Shown here one piece after another: positions 1 to 14,389 of a stretch of 64,000 nt of DNA. The notes beneath the pieces are model-generated. The model searched no databases and was not told the origin of the DNA. It worked only from the letters and a program-made list of their open reading frames with translations. Each line of letters starts with the position of its first letter. The first letter of the stretch is position 1. Where the stretch lies: NCBI RefSeq assembly GCF_964355755.1, contig NC_092674.1, positions 7,316,001 to 7,380,000 on the forward strand. Reading direction: 5' to 3'. Origin of the DNA: Antedon mediterranea (Eukaryota; Animalia; Echinodermata). Made by a program: the position numbers and the translations under genes.

Positions 1-149
1 AGAGACTTTGCCAATGAAGGGGCTGATAGGTAGTAATGCAATAAATATTACAAATGAAGGGATATATACCCACAGCTGTTGATAACTATCTCTACCATTC
101 CACTGGGAATGATATTATTAATTTGGCATATGTTTATAAAATAATTAAT

Positions 150-391
150 TGTTATATTTCTTTTATTCCTGTCTACCCAGGCAGCACTTGCCAACTCATA
201 CGCTATGACTTTATCCAAATTCCCTCACTTGCACTGATGAAGGGCTAGTGTTGCCCGAAAGCTCTGCTAACTTTTCTGGCTGTTTACTTTATCGTTTTGA
301 TTTAGCTTTTCGCTTTTTTTTTGTATCTCCATTGAGATCCAGCCACTGATACCCACAGCATTGTCATTTTTTTCAGTAATTTGCCTTTGGA
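150..391 (+). mobile_element. Non-autonomous Penelope-like (solo pLTR / retrozyme-like) insert
   Basis: Flanked by an exact 17-bp AT-rich duplication TTTATAAAATAATTAAT (133-149, 392-408); contains a minimal hammerhead motif; a degenerate inverted relative lies at ~14390-14556. Confidence 0.75.
231..267 (+). ncRNA. Minimal type I hammerhead ribozyme motif
   Basis: GCA-CTGATGA-A-GGGC(TAGTGTT)GCCC-GAAA-GC-TC-TGC: intact CUGANGA and GAAA core, 4-bp stem II, palindromic AGCT in place of stem III, 3-bp stem I (GCA/TGC). Confidence 0.7.
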
Positions 392-2634
392 TTTATAAAA
401 TAATTAATGTATACAAATAATTTTAAGGTGAAAGCTTAAATTCTATTTTCATAGTACTATTGCATGATCGTTAAATAGTAAGTACTTTTGCATACCATGT
501 GATCCCCAATCATCCAATCAAATGACGGGAATTTATGTTATTACTGTACAGTAATATGTATTATGCAATTAGGGATGTTGGCAGTGAAGGGACTGGTAAT
601 GCAACAATAATTGTAAAAGAGTAATTCAAAAGAGTAATTCTAAAGAGCTTCTTTTGGTATGAATGATTAAATTAAATATGAACTAGATGTTACCCATACA
701 ATGGACGGGCCTCATCTAACAATTGCCAATGTCTGTAACCTGATTGTTAGTTACGGAAAATGGAAGAGAATTTGAGGCATTCGGCTGCTGAAAAGATGTT
801 GGCTAAAAAAAGCTCAAACATATTTGCTGAATTCTAACATATTTGAACATTGGCTGAAGGGGAGATTAAAACATACCGCAGTTTGAATGGCGTGAATATT
901 GGTATTTTGGAGATACAGTAGAGTACCAAAAAAAAAAAACGACTGTAGTCTTAATAAGAAAGACTTACACTATTCTTTACAACTACAGTAAACAACTTAA
1001 AAAAAAAAATCTCAATAACAAAAAAAATTGCATTAAAAACCACAAACAAGCTGAATTACTTAATTTTGTTTTTCCATGAAGAGATGTATCAAAGTTCATC
1101 GACCAGTTTGATAATTAAATTTCATTCGTACTTATAATTTTATTGGTGTGCAAGTCACGAATGCGTGTTATTAAATCTACACTACGTATGCTTAGGATCT
1201 ACATTATAATTATTGCCGAGATATTTCATACTTAATCAATAACGTACCTATATTATTTTCATATAGAAAGAGATTAATTATTATATATCTTTGTTCATAT
1301 AAAAACATACATTGCAGCATGAAACACTGAATTGTAGTATTATGATTATTATTTTTAATTCTTACATACTGTACCATCATTGAATAATGTCTAAATCAAC
1401 CATTATAATTAATATTAAATTTTTTTTAAACTTAATAATTATTTATAATTATAATGTATAGCCAAATTCATTATTGTTTTAACTACAGTACATCGTCTTT
1501 TACGATTACTAAATACTATTTTTAATTTTGCCATGCCATCACCATTGAGTAATATCTAAAACAATCCATTTATTATGATTAATTTATAACTTTTTAACTT
1601 AATAATTAATTTTTTCAACATTGTAAAGACTTTCACTAGTTAGTTTTACATGGTGGATCTCACCACTTAATAATAACTAAATCTCCGAGTTTGGTATGAT
1701 CGGGAGTGGCTACCTACCATTATTTCTAAGAAATCTATTAAACGGAAATCTATTTTAAGAAACATATTTTGAAAATTATTATTTAAAGGGATGAAAATTA
1801 AATTAGCAAGAAATATTAAGCATTTCCTTTAATTGTATAGTCAGTAAACATTTAGCATAATATATAACCTTGGTTGTAAAAATCGTAAAATTTTTATTTT
1901 TAGCTGTGGCGACATCTCTGTTGACAGCGTGTGCGCCATTCACTTTGCTCTTTAATGTTCCCTGGCAACTACCAGCCAATTTTAATATTGACATAATTCA
2001 TGCAAGGTTATTTAAGGCCTATTTATCATGGTAATTATTTGATGACAGGCAGGTAGATAAATATTATTTCATCTATATCATTTAATTACATCTAGTTAGG
2101 AAAACGTGATTGTGAAAAACTTATGTAGAGTATTCAGAGAGCATGCAATAGTGCATGCAATTATACTATGCCTATTCTATCTTCCCCCACTTCCTAACTA
2201 GAGTTACAGAAAAAATGGCAAAATCAACACTGTGGTCATGTTACAAGAGTTGTCAAAGCAATATAGATTATCTGATAAAACTCCTAGAAAGTAGGAAACC
2301 TTTTGCCATTTTCCCTCCGACTGAATTTATTTCTTTTGTTACAATTTAACTATTCTCACATTATACGATCAGTTTGGGAAGTGGGTTTATAAATACATCA
2401 TGGTACCAAAAAGTAAATTGGTTCTGTATAATTTTTAATGGAAATTTTAAGTATAAAGAATAATCCTACATATATCAACACATGGTCCGATATACATAGT
2501 ACACACAGCTATTTCCATTATTACACAAAAACCTAACTTGCCATATAAAACCACACCATAAACATCACCAATGATTCAATATATAATTAATGTCATACTG
2601 CATAATTAAAAACCGTTAATAAATTACTACTCAC

Positions 2635-2661
2635 CGAGAAGTTATTGCCTAGAAGTAACAT
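2635..2661 (-). CDS. Candidate alternative first coding exon (MLLLGNNFS) of an unidentified gene continuing left of the window
   Basis: ATG, 9 codons, strong donor TCG|GTGAGT, phase 0. Confidence 0.4.
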
Positions 2662-4890
2662 ATCGTAATTTAACAGATTGACAAAATAAAACTAAAACAC
2701 AACTATACAGAGTTTCACAGAATAATACTATCGTGTTTATCTCTACAATCTTCTTCCTCTATAATTCCCATTGGTTTAAAAAATCAACCGGAAAATCATG
2801 TTGTTAACACCGGAGCAACAATTGGACGATGAATGTGATTGAGTGAGTAAATTAAACACCTAACGTTATGCTTAAGAACACACGCAATATATGTAATGTA
2901 CGTATTTAAGCAGCTGGTATACTATCACTAATGGTTCATAAAATATTACCTTCATAATGACATAAAATTCACACGACGACGTCACATGGATGACATCATT
3001 TAACAATCAGGAAAAAAAAATATAATAGTAAATCCATAGGGTGTTAATTATCTTCTCGATATGTTACACTTGATACACAGCAAAAAGATACCAGTTCCGC
3101 TGGTATTAGGATGTGGTATTCAATAATCACTTCCTGTATGAATAATGGTAGAGTCCAACTTGGAGAATCCATATATTTTAATTTAAGTAGTTTGTTCAAA
3201 TCTCAAGAAATAAAACCCATAGGAATTCATTATTTGATGATGGCAATGGCATGGAATTCTACCAAACAGATATCGGCTGTTGGAGTCGTGGCTCACAGAC
3301 ACGGTTATAAAGGCAAAAAACAGATACAATATAGGCTAATTATATGTTCACTCAAGCGTAGCAATAGAAACTTATTTTTGTCCACATGAATAGACTGAGT
3401 GAGTGTAGTCATGCGGAACAGTTTTGAAGAATGCCAAGGAGGCAGTGATCCCAACGATAACAATACGTAAATTTATATTCAATAAATAGTAGAAATATTT
3501 ATATTTCATTTTACAAATAAACAATTAAATTATCATCAATATATTGCCATCACTAAAGAGGATGTTGAGTTAAATGAAGCATACCTCGCTACTAACAGTA
3601 GGAGCCATAATTCATTAAATGTAACTATTTTAAACTATTACTACTATAACGTATCAATTCCAAAAAATTAAAAAAATTAAAGCATTCGGAAAATGAGTGA
3701 AGTACTTGGCAAAACATTGCTACAGAGCACGCATGTTGATATTTAACCCATGTTAAAAGAATACAAATTGCTCTCTTTTTTTTTATTTGTGAGGTTGTTA
3801 TTAATGCTATGAACCGATTTTATTGAATTTTAATAGGCATGAAAATATTCTCCCTATTCAGCTCATAAATATTCATAATTTAATGCAACCTTAAAAAAAA
3901 AACTATTAAATCTATAAAAAATAAATCACTTCATTCATTTATTTGTCCTTTATTTCGTAACTATGGTTTATTTATTTATTTATTTCCTTTATTGCATCAA
4001 GTAAGCAGTGATGAAGTTGACATAAATATAATAGTAAATATGTAAACACATAGTATAACACAGTCCAAACAAGTAACACTAAAATATATCATAGTCCACA
4101 AATCAGTCTTTCAATGGCCATCATAGTACATCCAGTAACACAAACCAATAGAGGTTCACAATTTGCTTATCATAACTCAGCTACTGATCATTCACCAATC
4201 ATAATGGTACTATAAATAAATTTTTTTAAATTTAATTATTTATTCAGGTAAAAAAAAAATTATAAAAAAGCAGACAAAAGTCTGAAAATAATGTATTACA
4301 GAGATTGAAACATTGAAAATGACAGATCAAAATTAGACAAATTCACACAAAAAAATAATTTTGCACTAAAATTGTGTTCCGAAACTACTCGAATATTATT
4401 ATAATAAAAATAATAACATCAGACAAAATAATTTAATATTGCCATGAAGGTCTAGCTTACAAGATTAGAATATTATTTTTAAAAAAACAATGAAAATAAC
4501 TATTAACAAATTATGCAGAATTAATTCAAACCATGAAACGAAGGTGAAACTATCAAAATTAATGAGCCAAAAAACAATTGGTCTATTAAATATAGAAGTT
4601 TGGTGCCAACAAAAATTATGTTGTCTCTAGTAATTGATGTCATTGGTAGTTAATAAAAAGGTTTTGAACAATATGGAGAGAATATTTTCATTCGTTGTGA
4701 TAGTACAGTACTATTGAACTCGGCTTCAACTTATTAATAAATATAAATATTCGAATTAAAAATATTCTCTCCATTTAACTCATGAAAATTCATTATTGGT
4801 ATGTCTATCAAAATAAGTATCAACAAAACTGAATTTTAGTGTAAAAAATGAATGTCATTGTTAGTTAAAATTGATTCAATTTTGATCACT

Positions 4891-5298
4891 TGCCTACTGG
4901 GCTAGTTAGGCATAGATTATACTAGCCTAGTTTCCTACTGGACTAGTTAGGCATAGAGTATACTAGCCCAGTTGCGTACTGGGCTAGTTAGGCCTAGATT
5001 ACACTAGCCATGTTGCCTACTGGGCTAGTTAGGCATAGATTACACTAGCCCTGTTTCCTACTGGGCTAGTTAGGCATACATTATAATAGCCCTGTTGCCT
5101 AATGGGCTAGGTAGGCATAGATTATACTAGCCTAGTTGCCTACTGGACTAGTTAAGCATAGAGTATACTAGCCCAGTTGCGTACTGGGCTAGTTAGGCAT
5201 AGATTACACTAGCCCTGTTGCCTACTGGGCTAGTTAGGCATAGATTATACTCGCTCAGTTGATTACTGGGCTAGTTATGCATAGATTATACTAGCCCA
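4891..5298. repeat. ~41-bp minisatellite, ~10 copies
   Basis: Unit ~TTGCCTACTGGGCTAGTTAGGCATAGATTATACTAGCCCAG; internal inverted repeat GGGCTAGT/ACTAGCCC. Confidence 0.9.
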
Positions 5299-6600
5299 TG
5301 TACCATTTTCTACAAAACTAGGCTAAAACTTTTATTGATTTGTTGCTAACAACTACATCAATTAAACGCAATACGACTGGCTAGAATCACAAAATATTTC
5401 CATTCCATATGTACTGTAGATGGCACAATTATCTACGGTATAAATTATCAGTTATCATGCACAAACGAAACATGCGACCTCAATTGACCTGAGACAGCTG
5501 TGGGCGTCGATATTAACCCATTCAAAATATGTATAATTAACCTCTCTGGATGCTACAAATGCATTAGCTCATTATAGAATTAAGCTGGCTAAATAAACAT
5601 GAAAGTCGTAAACAAGCGGGTATAAATGAATATCATTAGACGAGAACATTAGTACCGAGTTTCGATGTACCGTATAGGGATGAAATATGACAATGTATAT
5701 TTATAATAAATATTCAACATTTATATTAACCTCATAGTCACAAAATCACTGAAGTTAATAAATATTTAACAGTATATTTGTTTTTGGCATTCACTTTTAG
5801 AATTTTTTAATTTTCTCTATGTGCGAATAGTGAATATGGCCACAGTGCATAAACTCGTCATCAAAATAAATTCATTAATATAATAATAATACTCAATTTT
5901 ATATAGCATTAAGAGTAGGTGTAAAACTATTGTTTACAATTTCAAAAACAAGATCTCTCCAACAAAACTGACACCTCATATTATCAATTTTTTAACACTT
6001 TGATGAAATGAAGTCATCACCATTTAAAAATAGCAGGTGATGCCATCTGTATGAAACAAACTTGTTTTGAATTTTGTTTTAAAATTCCTCAGTTAGCGTT
6101 TAAATAACTGAATAATTGAATGGCTGAGTAATTGGGATGTTTGAGACTTCTAGTCTCTTGCTGTTATTATACATTATTTAAATATATGAACATTTGGATT
6201 ATACTGTTGTACGTAAATCCTATTAATGCACTGTATATATGCATTATTATAAATTATGAATACAAATTTTGTATTTTTCTAACAGAATCATCTCTCATCG
6301 AGCTAATGCTTGTCAAATATTAAATACAAGGGGGCCACAGTGATGACCTGCTGTTGAAATTGAAATCCATTTTGTTTAAATTTATGATTGTGCTTTAAAA
6401 TGTAAGTGGAAAAAGTGTATAAATTCTAATTTAATTTTTTTCCAGACACACCTTACAGGACAATGTCATAATTAACTTCTCTTAAAATGTTATCCAGGAA
6501 AACGTAACTTCCCCCACCAAGCCTTTCTTCCCGTTTTCATATCTATAGTGAAACACACGCACACAACTTGCATCTACAACATCTTATTTCCTCGTGTCAA

Positions 6601-6900
6601 CAGAGTTTCACTCATTCAAATTATCAATGTCAGATGACATTGCTAAATATGAATATGAATTTTCTCTTCATGAATATTCATTAATATACTAAACATACAT
6701 TATTGCTAGGTTATTAATATTAATAGGTCTTTAAACAATTTGCATACATTCAACATCCATCTAATTCATATCCTCATGTTAATACAGAGTTTCACATCTG
6801 AATATTCAAATTATCAATGTCAGGTGGCATTGCAAAATATGAATACATATTTTCTCTTCATAACTATTTATAATTACTATACATAAATTAATGGTGGATT
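6601..6900. repeat. Degenerate direct duplication, ~185-bp period
   Basis: CAGAGTTTCAC..ATTCAAATTATCAATGTCAG..CATTGC.AAATATGAAT at ~6601 and ~6785. Confidence 0.7.
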
Positions 6901-7793
6901 ACAGTACAGATCTTTTATTATATATTACTAGACATTTCACCTTTTGGATGGTTGGCTCTCAAAGTTAATAAAATAGCATCTACCTTTGGGTTAATAAATG
7001 TAGTTCATGTTCCAATCCAATCTTAATGACATGCAAAGAAAAGATGTGCATTTAACTGCATGCAAAATAGTCTTCCAAATATGCAAATCAATATTTTACA
7101 TAATTAAATGTTATACTATTCAATTACAACATTATATTATTATGCAATAAATTGTAGAATATGCATAAATATGCATAATTCATGAGACTACTAGTAAAAT
7201 ATGAAAATATGCAAATATTAAAGGGTTTCATATGTATTTGAGGTCAGATTTAAATTATAGATTGTAAGTTATTGACCTAATTTGTTTCAATATGAATGAG
7301 TGACATATCCTAATGGCAGTAGCTGCATTCTCTCATGTACAATAAACATGATCTGTACCATACAACACCCTCCCCCACTTAAGTGCCAGAATTCAGAAAT
7401 CGCTCTATCTGTATATAGTAAAAACACCAAGACAAAAACAAAGTATCTTGAATTGAAGTTGGCTGTACTGTTAAAGCATAATTATTGTCTCTCGTGTATT
7501 CTTAATAAAAAGGGTGTCCCCTGAATATGGTTGGCTGTATTTTTTAACCATATTGTCTATCATTCGTTTTCATGGGAAAGTGTAGTATCCCTATAATAAT
7601 AAGGGTGTCCCCTGAATATGGTTGGTTGTAATGTTAGACTATTTACATTAAATAGATAAACATACATAAAACAAAAGAAATTAGAAAATATGTGGTTCTA
7701 GAACTTTAGGATAATCATTATGCTGTCTTTGAAAAAAATATTTTAAAAAATCCAATCTTAAAAAAAAAAAAAAAAATATCAAAGAAATCATAC

Positions 7794-7841
7794 CTCAATG
7801 TCGAAGGTGAAACGATACATACTATCCACTGAAACATTCAT
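7794..7841 (-). CDS. Candidate alternative first coding exon (MNVSVDSMYRFTFDIE)
   Basis: In-frame stop upstream, ACAATG start, 16 codons, donor GAG|GTATGA, phase 0. Confidence 0.45.
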
Positions 7842-8458
7842 TGTGCTGATTTGATCATAAAACAAGTTGATATGAAGATCATGGATAAGAAACAAAACAT
7901 TGCCATTGTCACACGTCACCAGATGGCCCGGCCTACTTTATCTCAAAACACTACAATTCCTCAACAAACAATTATGTAATATCACGATATTCGTTGCTCT
8001 ATTCAAAGTTTCCACTGCTGATAATCCGAAAATTATTTTTTTAAAGAACCGTTCTTCATCCAACAGCTTATATCGGCAATCTTTTGCAAATAATGCGGTT
8101 TTTATTACTGTGAAATAAACTCACATTCACACATCCATAACATTAATCGGTTATGCAACATTGAGAATGATTGCTAAGTTTCCATTGGAGCATGTCATCT
8201 TGATATGAGTTTAACTTGAGTTCAACTCATAGCCACACTTATTATGTAATTTATGATTATAGTATTGAGTGTAACTCATAGTAATACTTCAGTATTCTTT
8301 TGAGTATATGTTGAGTTTAACTCGTAGTCATACTAAAGTATTTGAATATTCATTTTGAGTCCTACTAAAGTATTCCTTGAGTATTTATTTTGAGTTCTAC
8401 TCAAAGTATTCCTTAAAAGTTAATTGAAAAGTAAGATTTACAACCAAATTAAAAACTA

Positions 8459-8945
8459 ACTGAGCTAGATTTAGGGGGAAAACTTTATCTGAAGTCTGTT
8501 TCCTCTGCGCAAGACATATCCATTCCTGCTGAGCAAATCTTTTGAATTGCTTTCCACTGTACCAAAATATGTCTTATTGTACATATAAAATTATTGTTGC
8601 CATATCTGAGCAACTTACAATTTGCAGTTATGATTCTCATCCACGCAAGTAATGAACTTATTTTTATCTGAGCAAGACTATTGGGTATCGTCTGAGCAAA
8701 TCATAAACTTATAAGCGAGTACAGTAATGTAAAACTGTTGAACAATTTAAGCAAGTTTTAAACTTAATACAACTAGTCTTAATTTGACAAATCATGTGAT
8801 ATCCTTTCAAAGATAAAGTCCTCATCTGAGCAGGTAATGAATGGTTCTCATCTGAGCAAGTAGTCAATGGTCATTATCTGAGCAAGTAATATCCCTTTTC
8901 ATCTGAGCGACTTCTGTCCAAAACAAATTGTAAGCTGAGCAACAC
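8459..8945 (+). repeat. Cluster of ~10 dispersed (A)TCTGAGCAA motifs
   Basis: Same-orientation motif at ~8459, 8528, 8604, 8667, 8691, 8824, 8850, 8876, 8901, 8934 with non-identical spacers. Confidence 0.65.
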
Positions 8946-9379
8946 ACTTGAAAACAGTTACATGGTAGTATGCAAGCTTCACATCATTTATGAAGCCAAT
9001 TTGTGACATCATGTTTGTAACAAGGTAATCTTACTCCATGTGAACTCCTCCCTCCAACCAGGTAACTTTGATAACAAGGAAGTTATATCACTGTGACCTT
9101 CATATTACAATTACTTCTCACAAGTTGTTAATTCAATATCCAGAGCCTCTGGGAATGAGTATAGCGCCCTCTAGCAACAGGACTAATACAATTATAAACA
9201 TGTTCATGAGGTAAGAGAGATGACTGGCCGTGGGCAGTAAGTTGGAAAATGTGGAATAGTTTTACAGAATTTTCTGGTAGGCTACTTATAATTAAAAACA
9301 AAATCTCAAAAGTCTTTTGTTTATTGCCCGCTACTTGATTAAAAGACAATCTTACTGTATATTAAATTGCCTGTTGGCA

Positions 9380-9725
9380 TAAATACATTGTCATTTGTTT
9401 CTATAGACATCATGCCTATAATATTTATAGAAACAGTGACATTTGTTTCTATGGACATGTTTAATTGTCTATAATACACAATGTCTATAGAAACATTGTT
9501 ATTTGTTTCTATAGACAAATCTGTAAATTACCTGTATACACAATGTCTATAGAAAAATTGTCGTTTGTTTCTATAGAAATGTGTAATTGTTTATAATAAT
9601 ACACAATGTCTATAGAAACATGTCATTTGTTTCTATAGACAAATTTTTAATTGTCTACAATACATAAAATGTCTACAGAAACAGTGACAGTTTTTTCTAT
9701 AGACACATTGTATTTGTCTATTATT
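9380..9725. repeat. Degenerate ~60-bp palindromic tandem repeat
   Basis: Recurrent TGTCTATAGAAAC...GTTTCTATAGACA units. Confidence 0.75.
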
Positions 9726-11290
9726 AATACACAGATGTCTGTTTATCTTTCTGCTGTCAAACCTATCAGATTAACATCAAAACATAATGTAGTTTTATGA
9801 GTGATGACATTTTGAAGCCATGTCAAAAGCAAAGTGATTGACAGTGATGTTAAAATAAAAAATGAACCTTTAGAAAAAAGCAATTAACAAGACAGGCAAG
9901 ATTGTAGCCGTCTCACAAAATTCCGGACATCTATAAAGAAAAAAAAAATCTCTCGCAACATCTAATATTCTTGTCTACTCAACATTAATCTAAAATAATG
10001 TTTTATAATACTGTATTTCTTTATGATAGATTGATTTTAAATCAGGGAGTTGTACTCCCTGTTTAAATGGTCAGATCTGTCATTTTTATTTATACATGAA
10101 CATATTATAGAGGGCAGCAAACATATTATTGTTAATATTTGGACATACCAATCAACACAACTTTTCTATTTTAGTACAACTACAAGTAGAACCCCTATTA
10201 ACGGAACACCTTTGGGACACATTAACATGTTTTAATAGGTGTCCGAATATGGGTTTAGCCATAGAGTTAGCCGTATTTTTTCTTGTTTGTTTCACTGGAG
10301 TTTCCCCTTAGGAATTTCCCGAAGGAGGGTTTTTTTACTGTAATCCTGGCCTTCTTGTTTCCTTTAAGGGTGCTTATTTTCTTTTTTCTCCTTCATACAT
10401 TGATTTCATTCCAATATTAGCCAACTAAATTGTCTATCTTATAGAATGAATTACAAAAGCTTATGTTGGTTATTAATAAACAGTTATTCAATATAATATT
10501 ATGCAATATCATATAAGCTTACAAAACCTTATTGGAACCATAATTATTAAAATTTCTAATGCAAAATATCAAACAAAAGGTTAATAAAATCAATAATAGT
10601 TGCCATGACATTTAAGACTTGGGAGTATTTCCAATTACGAACACATTTTAAAGCAACGACCAATGAGATGACGGTATGAAAAGTACAATGACTTTGAATA
10701 TCAACAACCTGTGGAGCAATAGCCTTTTATTAAATGCACTATCATAGATAGATTACATGTACTTTTCTCTATATTAAAAGTAATGAAAATATGTTTGAAT
10801 AATCAAATGTATAATAGTAAAGTCTGTATAGCTTTGGTCTAGAACTTGTTTCTGTTGAATAACGGTTTAAAATTAAATTTGTATATTGATCACATTTTTT
10901 GCTGTGAGACGGTCAAGATCCTATAGTATTAGTAGTTGCCTCAAGGTCAACTACAGTCAATTAAATAACCGTTTACAGTTTTCTGGCGCGTTGCAGCTAA
11001 ATGCTACACAGCTATAACCGGTTAAATGGCGTTACAGCATCAAATCACGGTAATATATTCATGCGGTTATTAACTTACAACAGAAAGAGCCTAACTGAAT
11101 ATGACCTAGACCTTAGATAACAAAATAATTGATTCCATTGACCGATGTGCGTTCATTGACCCATAAAAAAAGTGACCAGTCAAGGAATCAAACTCCTCAT
11201 GTTTGTTTTCATGCCCTTTCATTATACTATAAGATCAAAATGTAAATACAAATTTAAATTAAAAAACTAAAAAAAAAAACTAAGAAAGTA

Positions 11291-11514
11291 CCATACATCC
11301 TCTGGTATAATCCCACCTTTAGGGGGTGGGACTATACCAGGGCACATCCTGGTTGAGATAAAAAATGATCGGTAAGCATTTCTTTTAAAAACATAGTTGA
11401 ACTGGCTAGAGAACGGCTTACATCCAGACCTAAAGTCAATACTGGCACTATACCCAGGGATATGCCTGTTTATGAAATCAGACATAAAGTGGGATTATAC
11501 CTGAGGATATACGG
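11291..11514. mobile_element. Tc1/mariner-type MITE
   Basis: TIRs CCATACATCCTCTGGTATAATCCCAC / GTGGGATTATACCTGAGGATATACGG, TA on both flanks. Confidence 0.75.
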
Positions 11515-14389
11515 TATAGGAAAACAAGGTTTTTTAATGTTTAAAGAATATTGTTTGAATGCTTTACTCATACTGTGGGAACTTTAATGTTAAATCTGAC
11601 ATACATGAATTCAAAATGTATAATGCATGGTTAAAAAATAGCAAACCATGCTGTACATTCTGCAAACATGAACACATTCTTGCACTTCTTACAAATTTCC
11701 CACAATGCAACATAAAAAATCAACTTTTTAAATGAGCTGATAGAGGGAGCATGGATCATAAAATGGAAAAATCACTTTGATTAATGTAACACACAGAAGA
11801 ATCCAAATGATTGATTAAAATTACACACACATATTAAAACCATCAATTTTATCTGATACCTTCAATGGCGATTATAACGTCACCTCAATTTTTTTTATTC
11901 ATCCAGTTAAGACAAGAAAATTGACGATATAATGTAAAAAACCTCATCAGGTATACTAACTGAGAGTTAAAGAGCTTCACAATAGCTTCAACTTTGTCTC
12001 CTATTTTTCTTGAACTCTTACACGGACCTACATCATTGTGTAGATGCGAATATTGGTATTTAAATGAACATGCACAGTAAACAAATTGCAGTATCATGAA
12101 AAAGGAATAATAAAGTTCAAATTATGAAATCTGTAAACAGATCCCTTTAAAAATTCTGCAGAAATCGAAGAGCAATCTGGTGAAAATTAATTAAAAACTT
12201 CAAAATAACCAATTGAGGAATTTAAGAATTTAAGCATAACCAATGATGATTATAATTAATTTTTTTTTAGCCTTCATGTACCTTGGCGTACCCAAAATCG
12301 AGGAATTATTAATTCTCCTTTTGGTCGTATAATGTAACTAACAGAAGTTTATTTTGCCATTCTTGTATTAAGTACTCTGTATTTTTGGATTCTCTTTAAA
12401 TATTTTTAATTGTAAAATTGTGAACACGTGTAAATTCATTTTTGTATATATTGTTATTGTTTCATGTTTAACTTTCTGTCAGTTGATTTAAAATAAATAA
12501 ATGAAAGATTAATTTCAGTCTGTTGATTAATTAAAGGTTAAAGGTTATTTAAAACATCTCAATGTGGTACTTGCTAACATCATGGTAGGTACCAGTTCAG
12601 CCGACAGAGATAAATACTAATTTCCGAAGCTCTTTTTAGTATCAAGTATGCAAGCTATAAGCAAGATAAGGCTCCTTAAGTATATGAGAAGAATGGCTCT
12701 CTACAGTAAAGTAGCTAAGTGAATGGTTTTCAAAAGGTCTTTAACAAAGTAAAACTGATATTGGTTGTGGGATTACAATAAGCTACTATTAAGATAACTT
12801 ATGTTGCAATAAACAAAACACTCGGGCTAATAAAAAATATATTTTTTTATAGAGTAAATTTTTCCTAACAAAGCTATGTTGAGATGCTCTATTCTATGTC
12901 AGAGTTAAATACAGTCAATCTTAGGGTTTAGCTTATTGTGTTCAAATGCATGTGGTATGATACATTGCATGTACAGTACCTCTAAAACATATTAGTTCCG
13001 TTAAACATACAGTTTACTCTGGAGTTAATGGCATTAAGTACAAATTACTGTATAATAGTCATGCAAGCACTCTTGTCGGTTATAACTCTGATATGATTTG
13101 GATCAGCTTAACTCTGGTTTACTGTATGCAGGCTTAACTCTAATGCGTGTGAACATGGCTTCAAATCTAAACATGTGATCTAGCCAGCCTAGTAAGCTGG
13201 AAGCATGGGTTTAAATCCCAAGCAAGCCTAGTCAGCTGGATGGATTCAAATCCCAACCAACAACATTTTCTTCAAAAGGTAATTGAATGTCAAAGTTTTC
13301 CTTATTTATTAAATTATAGATCTTATAATCATAGAAAAATTATAAAGAATTTACCAGTGGTTTACCAACAGCCATGATGACATTAACAACATCAAGAAAG
13401 AAATACAACAAAATCAACGATATGAACAGTAATACAAACATCATTAAACTTCAAAGACGAATTACTGTAGCTGACCTTATATTAAAAAAGTGAAATTATT
13501 CATAAATCAAAAGTTTTTAAACATACTTCCGAATTAAGACTGTAATATGAATTGTGCAAGACAGATTTCGGAACGATTTCCTTTCCGAGGTTAAATTGTT
13601 GTCATATTCAAGTTCAAGGTATTTATTAATTTAATAATTGTTAAAAAATGGTTTTTATTAATTTGATGAAAACAAACAATTACTATTTAAATTCAATGAA
13701 CAAATAAAATAGAATATTATTAAAGTTCAACGAATTTTTTATATCCTTGATAAAATTATATACTTTTTGATTAGCAATTTTTAAATTAATCAATGTTATA
13801 ATATTCAATTGTGTAAATTTAAATAATTATTAATTAATAATAACACTACTATTTTTGTATTTTATATTTCGTAAAAAAATATAGTAGTGTATTGTACAAG
13901 AACAAATTTCTGATTCAAGATATTGTATTTAATACTGAATAAGTGAATACAACATATTTATTTAACTACCTCAAAACCCCTCCCCCCCCCCCCCCCAAAA
14001 AAACACCCACCACCTCTATTACTCACTTGCAATTGAACTTACCCCATGGCATGGTTTACCCTTCCCAACTATGATTAATTTGCTCCGAACTTGAACTTCC
14101 CCTTCACCAAAATTAATTACACTTCCTTCATTAAATTCTTGACATCAAAATAAAAATTTCAAATCAATATTATTATGATAAATGTGAAATGTAAGATACA
14201 AATTATTAATGTTTAGAAAAAAAGGTCACCTGCATTTTTATTAACTACAAGTTTAACCTTGAGATAAAACAAACAATAAAAAAAAGAAACTCATTGATTA
14301 TGAGGTAGTTTAAAAATGCCATAGGAATAAAACATGATAAATGATATGTTATAATGTTTATAAATATCAATCTAACGTAACATTACTGA

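Noticed and set aside
8459-8945. CRISPR array
   Set aside because: Motif only ~9 bp, irregular spacing, no cas genes, eukaryotic context; the other arrays have no unique spacers.
9161-9180. CTCF-like site (minus CTAGAGGGCGCTA)
   Set aside because: Single partial motif match; unsupported without binding data.
11885-12097. Another minus-strand first exon
   Set aside because: Weaker donor (CA|GTTAGT) in phase 2, incompatible with the phase-0 set; peptide unrecognisable.
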